DNA of 64,000 bases. It comes from Octopus vulgaris. Its lineage: Eukaryota. The stretch is taken from assembly GCA_951406725.2 (NCBI GenBank), contig OX597820.1, positions 48,794,001 through 48,858,000 of the forward strand, given 5' to 3'. Below the pieces are notes generated by a model. The model did no database searches. It was not told where the DNA came from and saw only the letters and a program-made list of their open reading frames with translations. A program made the translations under genes and the position numbers. This document shows, piece after piece, positions 28,798-44,389 of this stretch. Each line of letters opens with the position of its first letter. The first letter of the stretch is position 1.

Positions 28798-28835
28798 TCT
28801 TTAACGTTTCGAGCCTACGCTCTTCAACAGAAAGA
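28798..28835 (-). ncRNA. Minimal hammerhead-like motif with non-canonical core
   Basis: tcttt-CTGTTGAA-gagc-gtag-gctc-GAAAC-GTT-aaaga. Stem I 5 bp, stem II 4 bp, palindrome AACGTT. Confidence 0.6.
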
Positions 28836-29679
28836 TACACAGAGAGAGAAAAACACAGAAAGAAGGAGAGAAAAAAAATGCGTGCAGTAGCTAACGAATC
28901 AACATGGCGATCTGATTTCGGCCAGAGGTCAAAGATCAAACATGAGACGCGAGAGCGAAATAAGGGGAGATAATAGGGTTGATAAAAGGGTTGAGGGACC
29001 AGCTAAAAGTGCGTGGGAGGGGTCTGGATGTGTGTATGTATAGGGTTGGTGTATGTATTAGTATGTATAAGGGTGTGTGTGTGTGTGTGTGTGTGTGTAT
29101 GAGAGAGTATTAGTGCGTAAGATTGGTCTGGACGTGCGTATGTATGGGGTTGGTGTATGTATTAGTATGTATTAGTATGTATTAGTACGTATTGGTATGT
29201 ATAGGTGTGTGTGTGTGTGTGTGAGAGAGTATAAGTGCGTATGCGGGGTCTGGACGTGTGTATGTATAGGGTTGGTGTAAGTATTAGTATGTACTGGTAT
29301 GTATTAGTACGTATTAGTATGTATTAGTTGGTGTGTGTATTAGTATGGCACATCATATGTGATGTGATGTGTAAAGTCATGTGGTGTAGTGAGGAGAAGA
29401 GGGGGAGGGGGAGAAGAGGGGGAGTGAAGGCGAGGGGAAGAAGAGGGGGAGGAGAAGGGGGAAGAGGAGAGGATGGTGGAGAAGGAAGGGGAGGAGGGGG
29501 ATGAAGGAGGAAAGAGGGAGAGGGGGAGAGAGGGAGTGAGGGAGCAGAGGGAAGGGGAAGAGGGAGGGAGAAAGAGGGAAGAAGGGAAGGGGAGTAGGGG
29601 TGAAAGGATGAAGGACTGTAGAAGTAGGGGTCGGGGGAGAAAGGATAGGTGAGGAGGGGGAGAGGGGGGTTAGATGAGG

Positions 29680-30757
29680 AGGGGGGAGAGTTGAGACCAA
29701 ATGGCGTATAAGAGCGAAGAGAGAAGATTAATTCCTGTTCACGGCGCAAACGGGAATCCGGATGGCCTCTGTGTAAGGACAAACCGAACACAGATAGGTG
29801 TTGCAAGGAGTGACCGGTGGAGCGGAAATGGCGTGAGACCGGTGTGTCGTTCGCAAGGTGGATGTCACGAAGGTGTTCCGCGAACCGGTCAGCCAAGCGG
29901 CGTCCCGTTTGTCCGATATACAAGGAATTGCAGAGAGAGCAAGAGATGCAATAGATAATATTGCTGGAGGTGCAGGTGAAGGAGTGGATGATGGGATAGG
30001 GTCGATGGTGGGTGCTAGTGAGGCGGGTGGTGTTGGAGAGGTAAGGGCAAGTGCGGCAACGTGGGCGGGAGCAGGGGAACGAGCCGGGTTGGGAGGTAGG
30101 GTCAGGGAAGGAGCTATGGACCAAAGGTCTCGAAGGTTGTGGGCTCGTTTGGAAGAGGGGAGGGGTCGGTTAGGGAAGAGGTGTGAAGTGGACGGGTCGG
30201 ACTGGAGATGACGGAAAGCTCGAAGAATGGTGCGTTGGAGACGTAGGGTCGTGGGGTGGTAAGTGAGGGGAAAAGGGAGGCGGGAGACTACAGGGCGGGT
30301 TCGGGGAGAGAGAGCAGATACACGGTCCACGGACCGTGCTCTGGCAAGGGCGGTGTGGATAGTGGTGAGGGGGTATCCACGTAGGGTGAAGTGGTGAGCC
30401 ATACGTTGAGACTGAGTCTCAAAGTCATGGTCGTCACTACAGAGCCTACGTAGACGGAGGAATTGGGAATAGGGGATGGAAAGCTTGGTGTGTTCTGGGT
30501 GGGAGGAAGAGAAGTTGAGGTATGAGTGTGAGTCTGTGTGTTTGTAGTGAATGGAGGTGGTAAGAGTGGAGTGAAGAATGCTAACCGAAATGTCGAGGAA
30601 GGAGACAGAGGTGTTGGAGATAGTGGAAGTGAAGTGGAGGGCTGGATGGAAAGATTGGACGAAAGAGAGGAAGGAATCTAGATGTTCGCGGGAGAGTGAG
30701 GTGGCACCGATAATGTCGTCAATATAACGACCATATAGTTCAGGAGTGGGACCAGTG
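29680..30757 (-). pseudogene. PLE reverse transcriptase C-half plus GIY-YIG endonuclease, one frameshift near 30122
   Basis: YGRYIDD, LHFT, SFLD and YKHTDSHSYLNFSSSHP, then CSRPRCRTC, NIIYCISCSLCNSLYIGQTGRRLADRFAEH and GLN. Confidence 0.92.
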
Positions 30758-31299
30758 ATATATGTACGTATGTATGTATGTATGTATGTATGTATGTATG
30801 TATGTATGTATGTATGTATGTATGTATGTATGTATATATACACCGTCATCAACGACAAGCGGTGTTTAGGCATATGTGAAAATTAGATGAGTTGAAATAT
30901 GCTTGTGATATATATATATATATATATTACCAGTTGATATATTTCAACTGCTAAAGGCGAATGAACTGCAGTTACTGTGGGGCAAAACTTCTTTCTTATG
31001 TTCAAAATGTGTAAAAGCACCACGTCTGTCCATGCCTAACGCACTTTTCATTGAAATACATACATACACACACACACACATGCATATATACATATATACA
31101 TACATACATACATACATACATACATACATACATACATAAATACACACATATACATATACACATATATGTATGGATTTGCGGTTATTGAGCTGTCTTGATT
31201 CTTATTCCTAGTGATACTGTTGCCAATTAGTGACCTTGTTCACTTTAGTGATGTACATATTTCTACTTTTAGCTTGTAAATTTGCAAATTAGCTATCCG

Positions 31300-31898
31300 G
31301 CCCAGAGAACCAGGTGTCATCATTCCACTTTTCTCCTTCTTTGTACGGCCACACCTCGAATACTGCTGCTCCCTGTGGTCTCCCTATTCAAGACAAATCA
31401 TCTCGAAAATTGAATCACCCCAGAAGGCATTCACAAAACGAATTAAGGGCATGGCTGATCTCGATTACTGGGACTGCCTTAAAGCCTTGAAACTCTACTC
31501 TCTCTAGCGTCGCCGTGAGCGGTTCATCATTTGCACGATGTGGAGAATATACCGCCACCATTGACCAAACGAATTGAACATTAGCCTCAAGGTTCATCCA
31601 AGGCTGGGACCACGGGTCATACGTCCCCTGAACAATTCAGGACCACAATATATAGGTACACTGTAACATAATTCCTTTTCTTCAACAGGCCCAGCCCTGT
31701 TTAATATTGTCCCCAAAATGATCAAAGAGGAAAATAATCCCATCACCTTTAAACGGTGTCTGGGCAAATTCCTTCAAGGAATACCAGATAAGCCACCTAT
31801 ACCTGGATACAACTCACTCAACAAGAATTCCCTACTTGAATGGACCATGATACTACAAAACCTGACTTAAAAAGGATTTAGATAATCCTCTCAGGTGG
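31300..31898 (+). mobile_element. CR1/L2-group LINE 3' fragment
   Basis: VRPHLEYCCSLWSP and LDYWDCLKALKLYSL*RRRER (post-RT region). Confidence 0.85.
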
Positions 31899-32464
31899 GC
31901 ACGGTGTGTATTTTTGTATATGTGCAGCCATTATTGTATATAAATCAGCAGACTTGTCGAAAATAATTTCTGAGACCTAGACAGCGAAAAATACTAAAAT
32001 AATTTAAAGCAATGTAAGGAAGCGTAGTTAAATAGATGTGTTAGGATACTATCCAAGGAAATGAAAAACAAAACAATAGCAGGAGGAAATTGATCAGTAC
32101 ATTAGTACAAATGTATACAGGTATACTTTACACTCAATTTGCCTCATTGCGTATATGTAAGCACAGACGAGCACACATGCACACATACATATATACATAC
32201 ATACATACATACACACATATACATATACATATACATATATATGTATGTATGTATTTCTACTTTTAGCTTGTAAATTTGCAAATTAGCTATCCGGGCCAGA
32301 GAACCAGGAGGCACGCAGACATATATCTACATGTATATATAATTAAATGTGTAACATGCGTACATGATATATACATATATACATATACGTATATAACGGT
32401 TTTTGTGTGTTTCTTAAATGGCTTATAAACACCTTCCACGCTGCAATTGTTAAAATTATCTAAA

Positions 32465-32925
32465 CTTAGAAATAGTTCGACTAAAGATTGGACCTGGCGA
32501 TGTCTAACTTAATAGCACCACCTGAGAGGATTATCTAAATCCTTTCTAAGTCAAGTTCTGTTTATGGTCCATTGAAGTAGTAAGTTCTTGTTGAGTGAGT
32601 TGTATCCAGGTATGGGTGGATTGTCTGGTATTCCTTGAAGAAAACTGTCCAGAATCCGTTTAAAGGTGATGGGATCCTTTTCCTCTTTGATCAGTTTTGG
32701 GACAATGTTAAACAGGGCCTGTTGAGGAAAAGAAATTATGTCGCAGTGTACATGTATGCTGTGATCTTGAATTGGTCAGGGGACGTATGGCCCGTGGTCC
32801 CAGCCTTGGATGAATCTTGAAACTAATGTTTAGGTCGTTTGAGTAATGCTGGCGGTCGTGCAAATGATGAACAGCTCGCGGCGGCGCTGGAGAGAATAGA
32901 GTTTCAATGCTTTAAGGCGGTCCCA
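32465..32925 (-). mobile_element. CR1/L2-group LINE 3' fragment of the same family as 31300-31898, inverted
   Basis: The reverse complement aligns with 31470-31898; WDRLKALKLYSLQRRRE. Confidence 0.85.
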
Positions 32926-33684
32926 CATATATCAAAAGGATGTGTTATGATACTATTTCATATATACATTGTCGACAGCACTAAAAGAATTGCTGTTTGG
33001 TAAGAAACATACTAAAAAACAAAACACACAACTTTCAAGCATATTTACCCTATGCACAGCAGTATTCAATCAAATATAGGCAGGATTAAACATTAACTTT
33101 AAAATTAAACTACAAGAAACACATAAATCTACGTACATCTGTATCGGTATTAATAGTAAACCTACAATAACTAAATTATATACTAATTAGCGACCAATCT
33201 TAAAGTCCATACAAATAATAATTCCACCAGTCTTCCATAGTTACTACTATAATAACAGAGAGTGAAAGCTTTATTTCAATTCTCTTCAAAACAAAAACAC
33301 GATTGAATTTAATGAATATAATCATGAGTGAAAAGCTTTAATTCATAATTCAAAAGTTAATAATAAAAACACTACATACTCATTATACAAGCTATAATGT
33401 GAAGTCACCAGTAACTAGTAAAAACAATAAATTTATAAATAGGATCTAATAAAGATATACTTATAATTAACCATTATTATAAAACTTTGCTACAATTAAA
33501 GCTAAATTAAAACCGTTTAAAAGATAATAAAACTACGATATATTAACACTTACATGATTTTTCAAACCACATGGTTCATCACTTCTATAACTTAAAATAT
33601 TATCTTAACTATAGATGACGTAGTACGTAATTATGACTTCCTCAATTGTCTCAAACAATATTGGTGACGTCGTAAGCAAATAAC

Positions 33685-33730
<46 letters not shown>

Positions 33731-33764
33731 GCGTATGTATGTATGTATGAATGTATATATATTT

Positions 33765-34440
33765 TGATAGGTTTCGGCTAGTATTGGAACAGGCCATGTC
33801 TAACTTAATAGCACCACCCGGCAAAGTCATTCAAATCAGGAATCGGACTACATCTCCATAAACAATAACTCTCTCTTCGAGAGAGTTATTGTTTATGGAG
33901 ACATATTCGTGTGTAGGAGATTTATCCGGGATTTCTTGATGGAATTTGTCCAAAGACATCTTGAAATTTATGGATCCATTTCTTCTTTAATGTATTTTGG
34001 TGAAATGTTAAAGACAGCGGAGCTAATTGAGGTGAAATAATTGTGCCGTACTGTTGTAATGTGATGCGAGTATGATTTATGTTGTGGGCGGATGGCACGG
34101 GGACCAAGTCTTGGGTGTATCTTAAAGGCGATGACAACATTACTTGGGATGGAATATTTTCCACGTCATGCACATGATGTAGCGATCACGATGGCGTTGG
34201 AGAGAATAAAGCTTGAGTTTTTCTAGTTGACCCCCAATAGGCAAGAACTGTCATGCCATCTATCTTTTTTGTAATTGAACTTTGAGGTGTTTCAATCTTC
34301 ATTCTTTGTTTCGGGAAACCACGGTGGAGAACAGTATTCAAGGTGGGATCGAGTAAAAGTAGAGAAGAGAAGGATAATGATGTGGATACCTCTCGACTAG
34401 AAGCACTTTCTGCGGGCCAAGCCAGCTTTGCTGTTTAGAC
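33765..34440 (-). mobile_element. CR1/L2-group LINE 3' fragment, related subfamily
   Basis: RSHLEYCSP and LEKLKLYSLQRHRDRY. Shares the terminal ggtggtgctattaagttagacat motif with 32500-32525. Confidence 0.8.
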
Positions 34441-34564
34441 GAATGTATGTATGTATGTATGTATGTATGTATGTATGTATGTATGAATGTATGTAATGTA
34501 TGAATGTATGTAATGTATGAATGTATGCATGTATATATGTATGAGTGTATATATGCATACATAC

Positions 34565-34612
<48 letters not shown>

Positions 34613-35409
34613 GTGTGTAATGTGTCATTGTATGTGTATATGTACCCGTATGCATGTGCACACCTAAATATATACACACAAGCAGCAAGAAAACAATCTT
34701 CATTTTCCTTTTTCTCTATCTTCTGTCTCTTTTTTTCATTCTCTATATTTCGCATCCCTCTGTGTATATGTATATGCATTTGTATATATGTGTATATGTG
34801 CACGTGTTTATACATGTGTACACATGAACATTTGTACGCACGCGGGTATGTGCGTGTGCATGCATTTTTGCGTATATGTTTTACAGAATACTACAGAACG
34901 CAATCTGAGCATGGGAATCAAACAAATCGATTATTGTGGGATTTGAAAATGTAGCAGGACAGAACGTAAAGAATTTCCAAGTGGCTGAAAGCAGATTTAG
35001 TAGCAAGACGATTAAGAAGCCAAAATAAAATCCAGATACGATGTAATATTTTAAAAAGAGAAAAAAAGGAAAGAAAATGATATTAGAATATGACTCATGA
35101 TACTTTTTTCTTTATAGATACCAAATACGTACTTTGTATCATCAGTAAATTGCAAGCTCAAAATTCTTTACAGAACAATTAACGATCGAGAGACTTTGTA
35201 AACATTTTGAATGTCTGTTGGTGTACAGCATGTGGTGGAACAAACATCCGCGTCAAAATTTTGACTACAATCAAAGTTCAAAAACGTAACCGTAAAAGTG
35301 TGTTATATGGGTTGCTAAAACCCTTATAACAAAGGCAAATTAAGCCTTAACAACAAAATAATCTCTAAAATTAATTGCTTATTTATGAACTTCTAACATT
35401 AAAAGTACA

Positions 35410-35454
<45 letters not shown>

Positions 35455-36019
35455 GAAGATGCGGCTTCGACTGTTTCTTATGCAATTATATTTTTCCCTT
35501 GGTAGTAAATCCTTTCCTACCCTTGGCGTACCGTAAGGAAATTTAAATTACTCTAAGACATGCTCAGCATGTTAATCAGTTAATTGCATGAAATGTCACT
35601 TAATAATTACAGCATTAAAATGCAAAAGTGAAATCAAATATGCTCGAAATATATCATGGTTGTGTCTTGAAGCATTTAGTTGCGTCTGTTTCCGTTTAAT
35701 GTTCAAATACTATTGGGTCCAGCGTTGGCTTCCATCTGTCCTTCGTCAATAAACTTCGTACTAATTAAGTATTTACTTCGATATAACCAAATTTGTTTCA
35801 ACTCACAAAGTAAATGGCGGGGCTGAAGGAGCGGGACAATGTTACGAAATATAGCCGAAGAGATAAATAAGATTGTCCGAAGTTGTGTGAGGTAAGACAA
35901 GTTTATTACAATGTGACTTTTTACGTGAAAAACACGTCGGTATGACATAAGAATGTTCTTAAATTCTTTTATTTGAACATCTATGTTTTGAGTTGTAAAT
36001 CCATAAAGCTATTGGGATT

Positions 36020-36232
36020 TAGGCGGCGAGCTGGCAGAATCATTAACACGCTGGTCAAAGTGCACAGCAGTATTTCGCCTGTCGCTACGTTCTGAGTTCA
36101 AGTTCCGTCAAGGTTGACTTTTCCTTTCCTCCTTTCGAGGTCGATAAAATAAGTAGCAGATGAGCACTGGGGTCGATGTAATCGACTTATCTCCTCCCCA
36201 AAATTGCTGTCCTTGTGGCAAAATTTGAAACC
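36020..36232 (+). mobile_element. SINE ending in (ATT)n
   Basis: aggcggcgagctggcagaatc...gttctgagttcaagttcc, with several homologues in the window. Confidence 0.8.
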
Positions 36233-36282
36233 ATTGTTATCATTATTATTAATATTATTATTATTAATATTATTATTATTAA

Positions 36283-36325
<43 letters not shown>

Positions 36326-36359
36326 ATCATTATTATTATTATTATTATTATAATTAATA

Positions 36360-36421
<62 letters not shown>

Positions 36422-36483
36422 ATTATTATTATCATAATTAATATTATTATTATTAATATTATTATTATTATTATCATTATTAA

Positions 36484-39058
<2,575 letters not shown>

Positions 39059-39059
39059 G

Positions 39060-41033
39060 CTGTTGTTGTTGTTTATATTGCCTTTGTACAGCTTCTAACG
39101 CTGGAGAAGTACTACCGTGTCTGCTGTTCACTACCAATGAACTAAGGTAACACCTCTTATTTTTCGAGTGTTGTTTTCTGCAAGTGCGCCAACCTTATTG
39201 CAGCCCCAACTTCTTCAACGTACTTCTCGAGATTTTTGCTTACTGTTCCCATGGCTCCTACAATTATTGGTACTACTGGTACATTTTACATCGACCACAA
39301 CTACTTAACTTCCCAAGCTAACCTGTCATATCTCTCGACTTTTCTTTCTTCGTTATCGCATACTTTGTTGTCAGCTGGGCATGCTATATCTATGATCCAG
39401 CATAGTTTGTTTTCTTTCTCAATTAAGACTATATCCGACTTTCAATTCTCAATCTCATGGTCGCACTGAATCAGCAAATCCCATAGGATCTTTGCATTTC
39501 CATTTTCAAAGATGCCTTCAGGTTTGTGGCCGTACCAATTTTTTTACTCTGTCAAGTCCATACTTGTTGCAGAGTGTCCAATGGACAAGCCTGGTTGTAT
39601 TGTCGTGGCGTCCCTTATATTCCTCCTGGTCTAGTGGTGTACATTGGCTGGTAATATGCCATACGGTTTCACAATTTTGTCCACAGATTCTGCACTTATC
39701 ACTTTCTGATGTGTTGTTTATTCTGTATTTTATGTAGTTTGTTCTTAGTGCTTGCTCTTGTACAGCACAGATTAGAGCCTCCGTTTCCGGTTTTAAATCA
39801 CTTTTAGTCATCCACAACCATCTTTTTTCTCTGTCTGTCTTATCTTCAACATCCCAATGAAATTGACCATGCGTTCTTTTTTTCCCAGCTATTTTCAGTT
39901 TCATTCGTTTTCAATTTCTTGTATAGTGTTTTATCGTTGCAATCTTTTATCCTACACAACCCTGACCTTCCTACTTCTAATATTAGCGGTTCTGTGGCAT
40001 TTTTTACATACCATGCTATGTTGTTTTCTTTTGCTCTAATGCTGTGTTCGCATCCAATATGTCCTCTTCCTCCTCTTTTTCTTGGTACATACAGTCAGTC
40101 TATGTCGCATTTTGGGTGGAGTGACACAAATCTAGTTAGCAACTTCCTTGTTTTTCTGTCTAAGCTGTTTAGTTCGTCGACGGTCCATGCGATTACCCCT
40201 GCTCTATATCTAAGGAGTGACACTACCCACACGTTGATAGCTTCGATCTGATTCCGTCCGTTTAATTCCGATTTAAGTATCAGTCTCAGTCTGCGTAAGT
40301 ACTCCACCTTAAATTTTTCTGTCATTTCTTTCTCCATTAATTTATCCATTTCCAAAATTCTCATGTACTTATAGCCCGTCTCTTCTATATGCTTTATAAC
40401 CTCCCCCGAACGTATCGTTAGTCCGTCCATACATTTGATTTTGCCTCTCTTCAATACTAACACACCACAGTTTCTCAGTCTGAACGCCATTCTGATATCA
40501 GCACTGAAGGTATGCACCATATCAACGAGGGAACTGACTTAGGCTTCATCTTTACCATAAAGTTTGAGGTCATCCATGAATAACAAATGCTTGACTTTTT
40601 GTTAGCGGCTTTTGAATGCATACCCAGGTACTACCTTCCACAGAATCAGTGTCAGTGGTATCAAGCACAGTACAAAGATAAGTGGGGACAGGCAGTCCCC
40701 TTGGGAGATGCCCATCCTAATTTCTACTGTCGCTAAACTTATTTCGTACGCTGTCAGGTCCGTCCTCCAATTCGCCATACTTTTTCCAAGCAATCGCTCG
40801 ACATTCGATGCAATCCCAAATAGTTTCATGCACTCCATAATCCAACAATGTGTGATCATATCGTACGCCTTACGATAGCCGATCCATGACATGGCTAAGT
40901 TACTTTTCCTCCTCTTGCCGTCTCTCGGTACAGTTTTACCTATCAGGAATTGATCCTTGATACATCTGCACTTACGCTTGCAACCCTTCTGCTCATGTGG
41001 CAGGACTCCATTTTTTTCTAGACGTTCGTACAA
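39060..41033 (-). mobile_element. Second, more decayed R4/Dong-clade element of a different family
   Basis: HEQKGC, QGDCLSP, LFMDDLKLY, CRICGQNCETVWHITSQC and RHD. Flanked by (TAA)n. Confidence 0.9.
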
Positions 41034-41054
41034 TTATTTTTATTATTATCATCA

Positions 41055-41114
<60 letters not shown>

Positions 41115-41812
41115 CATTTCAATTATGAGAAAATAAACAAAAATGAACTAAAAATAACTAGAAAAAACAAATAGATTCCAAAATGATTCAAAAATAGAAA
41201 TCTCGAAAAAAAAAAATTGATTGCAAAATTCAAAAACGCAATAAATTCCAAAAATTAAAAAAAAAACGGCGAGTACTTAGTTGTCAACCCATTATATGAA
41301 TATAGTAATGTTTAGTGAAATGTCTTTGTATCTGACTTTTTTAATGAAATGTATGTAATATATATACGTACATATACACACACAGACATACACATACATA
41401 CAATCACACACACACGCGCGCGTGCACACGTACGCATGCACACATAACTTTAATTGTCAAAGTGATTGCGGGTGCCGAAGCACATACATCGCAAGAAATA
41501 AAGGTTAAATATTAATGCTCTACGAAGCTCACAATATATACACAGATGCACTGACAGGGGAGATAGCTGCTACACGACGTCTCTAGAAGTAACTGGACTA
41601 GACTAGTTTCACCTATCAGTCGTAGACTAATTAGCAGTGACTACTCAATCGTTCCATGGTTTGGTTAAATATGACTGTCAGATATATATTTGCCACATAA
41701 TTTTATGGCTGATTTAACAAAATGCTAATGTGTGTATTAAAAATTAATACAGACAGGTGCAATATTAAACCAAATATATATATGTATATTCTGACAGGGA
41801 AGATATGGCATG

Positions 41813-41865
<53 letters not shown>

Positions 41866-41867
<2 letters not shown>

Positions 41868-42070
41868 TCTTTTACTCTTTTACTTGTTTCAGTCATTTGA
41901 CTGCGGCCATGCTGGAGCACCGCCTTTAGTCGAGCAAATCGACCCCGGGTCTTATTCTTTGTAAGCCCAGTGCTTATACTTATCGGTCTCTTTTGCCGAA
42001 CCGCTAGCTGACGGGGACGTAAACACATCAGCATCGGCTGTCAAGCAATGCTAGGGGGACAAACACAGAG

Positions 42071-42120
<50 letters not shown>

Positions 42121-42282
42121 CGACAGGCTTCTTTCAGTTTCCGTCTACCAAATCCACTCACAAGGCATTGGTCGGCCCGGGGCTATAGCAGAAGACACTT
42201 GCCCAAGATGCCACGCAGTGGGACTGAACCCGGAACCATGTGGCTGGTTAGCAAGCTACTTACCACACAGCCACTCCTGCGC
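41866..42282 (-). mobile_element. Full-length SINE with internal microsatellite
   Basis: tRNA-like head on the minus strand (gtggctgtgtggtaag...ggttcagtccc); homologous to 11535-11992. Confidence 0.88.
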
Positions 42283-44192
42283 CACATATATATATATACA
42301 TACATACATACATATATTCATATATATGCATATATATATACTGACAGTTAGATTTAGCCAAACAATAGAACGTCTAATGATCTTTAGAGTCGTTCAGGGG
42401 ACGGTTATTACCATTGTCAGTGTATATTTATATCCTGCGCTTCATACAGCAGTAGTTTTTAACTAACATTTCTTGCAATATAGGTGATTTTGCGCCTCCA
42501 GTCACACAATTTTTGATGATTTAAGTTTTCGTTTTTTGGTTTTATATTGCACCTAGCTAGTTTATATCAAGTTATATATATTCTTCTACGTCTTTCAACC
42601 AATCCGTCACGTGGAGAGGTATGAATTGTGCAACCTGGGTAGCAGAATGTATGCACAATCAAGGAAAACCATATATAACTATCATGATTTGATTAATATA
42701 CACAAATGTGATTTGATGCAGCGTCCGAGGACGATGTGAATGAGTAAGTGCAAATGCGCAACAAATATGTTTTCATTATATCGCATTTCTTTGTCAGACA
42801 GTAGGTTTGATTAGAAATATGAATAAATGTAAAACGTCAAGTCTAATAGCAACACCTCAACAACAATCACTATTTTCTCGTCAAAATTATAGCTCTCCCA
42901 TGTGTTTTATGCAATATTTTAATTTCTGTGAAATGAAGCGGCATACAAAATTACGTACTCACCGAAAGCGATCATACAGAAGTTGTATTCATGTGTCCCA
43001 GTCTCTTAGTAATTGTTGCCAGATCTCCCTAGAAGTCATTGTTGTTAATACATACTAGCTGTTAACAGTTCACAGTGGAACACCGCATGTTTTTCACTTA
43101 TCCTTTCAACTGGTATATAAGGCCAGTGATTACAATGGAATAAAATGAAATGAAGAAATTAATGGTTTAAACTAGTTTTATTGCAGACATAATGTTAAAT
43201 TCCGTTTATTCTAAGAGAAAGTTATTCGTATACAATTAATTAAAATCTCCAGTACTTTGATTTTTTTCTGATATGCTTTGTTGTAACAAAGCTCATATAT
43301 GGTCTTTGCCGAAATGTGAGAAGCAGCTCTTTTGATCATTAGAAATAACTCAGCATCGATCTTGTAGTCGCTCGAGCTACTATTGATAGTAGGCGATTAG
43401 CTGTCATCCTATTGTTTTACTAATTATAAATGAGATTACATTGTATAAGCTTGTTTTATAGAGATGATAATTGAATAAGTGGTGAAATGATCGTAATTTG
43501 GAACTTGTTAATTATAGCTCCATTTAATAACTGCTGTAGTGACAAGCAACAAGAAAAATACCAAGCCGACTAGGCAATTTTCATATAGGTGATTGATTTG
43601 ATCGAAATGACAGCCGAATGTTCCTCAAATGACACCCAATCGTTAAAAACGAATTGCACTTTAGTTAATGTCTTCTAGAATACGCTGTCTAAACGTATGA
43701 CGTATGAGTCACAAGTGGAATGTCTTTTACCGGTGATCTGATCGCTCTGCTGAATTTGGTCTAAGCTTTAAAAATATGAATATCTCTACATGGGAAAGTG
43801 GAGGAGATATAATGAGGTAAAATGAGAGGAGAAAATGGAAAAGAAAAAAAATCATAAAAAGTAAAGAAGGAAGGAAATTTGGATGCACACAGATACATAC
43901 AGACACACTAACTTTCAGACGCCCAAATGCGCGCGTGCACTAACACACACATATGAATATGTCTGTGTGTATGTGTGTGTGTGTACGTGTGTGCATGTGT
44001 GTATGCGTATGTGTGTGAGTGTGTTTTCGACTTGACCTTACAAATATATTCCCTACTTTTAGGTCACTTTAAATAAAAACCCTTGATTCAATAGCACTCT
44101 GTACAAATTTTATACTTGGAATGACCAATTTTAGATACTATTAGATTTTACTCACAAGGTATTGGAATCTTATATGTATACCATTTGAATGT

Positions 44193-44307
44193 TGCATTAA
44201 AATAAATCCCACCTGAAGAATAATGTGGATAAACGCATCAATCTCATCAGGGAGTAGATTATAAATAATAGTGCTCATCAATAAATGTAAGAAAGTACAA
44301 TCTATAA

Positions 44308-44389
<82 letters not shown>

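Larger units (their letters stand above)
28700..30757 (-). mobile_element. 5'-truncated Penelope-like retroelement (Neptune-like)
   Basis: Contains RT and GIY-YIG remnants, a 3' UTR and a terminal hammerhead-like motif. Flanked by (TA)n and (TATG)n. Confidence 0.92.

Noticed and set aside
29728-30873. 381-aa ORF as an intact gene
   Set aside because: The N-terminus is (TACA)n read-through and the C-terminus is out of frame with the GIY-YIG domain. It is a truncated PLE.
41590-41642. Minus-strand GAAAC-TA-GTC hammerhead half
   Set aside because: The CUGANGA core and stem II cannot be placed convincingly.
42599-42750. CCAAT plus CACGTG and a downstream gtaagt donor
   Set aside because: Short motifs of this kind are expected by chance, and no linked exon is supportable.
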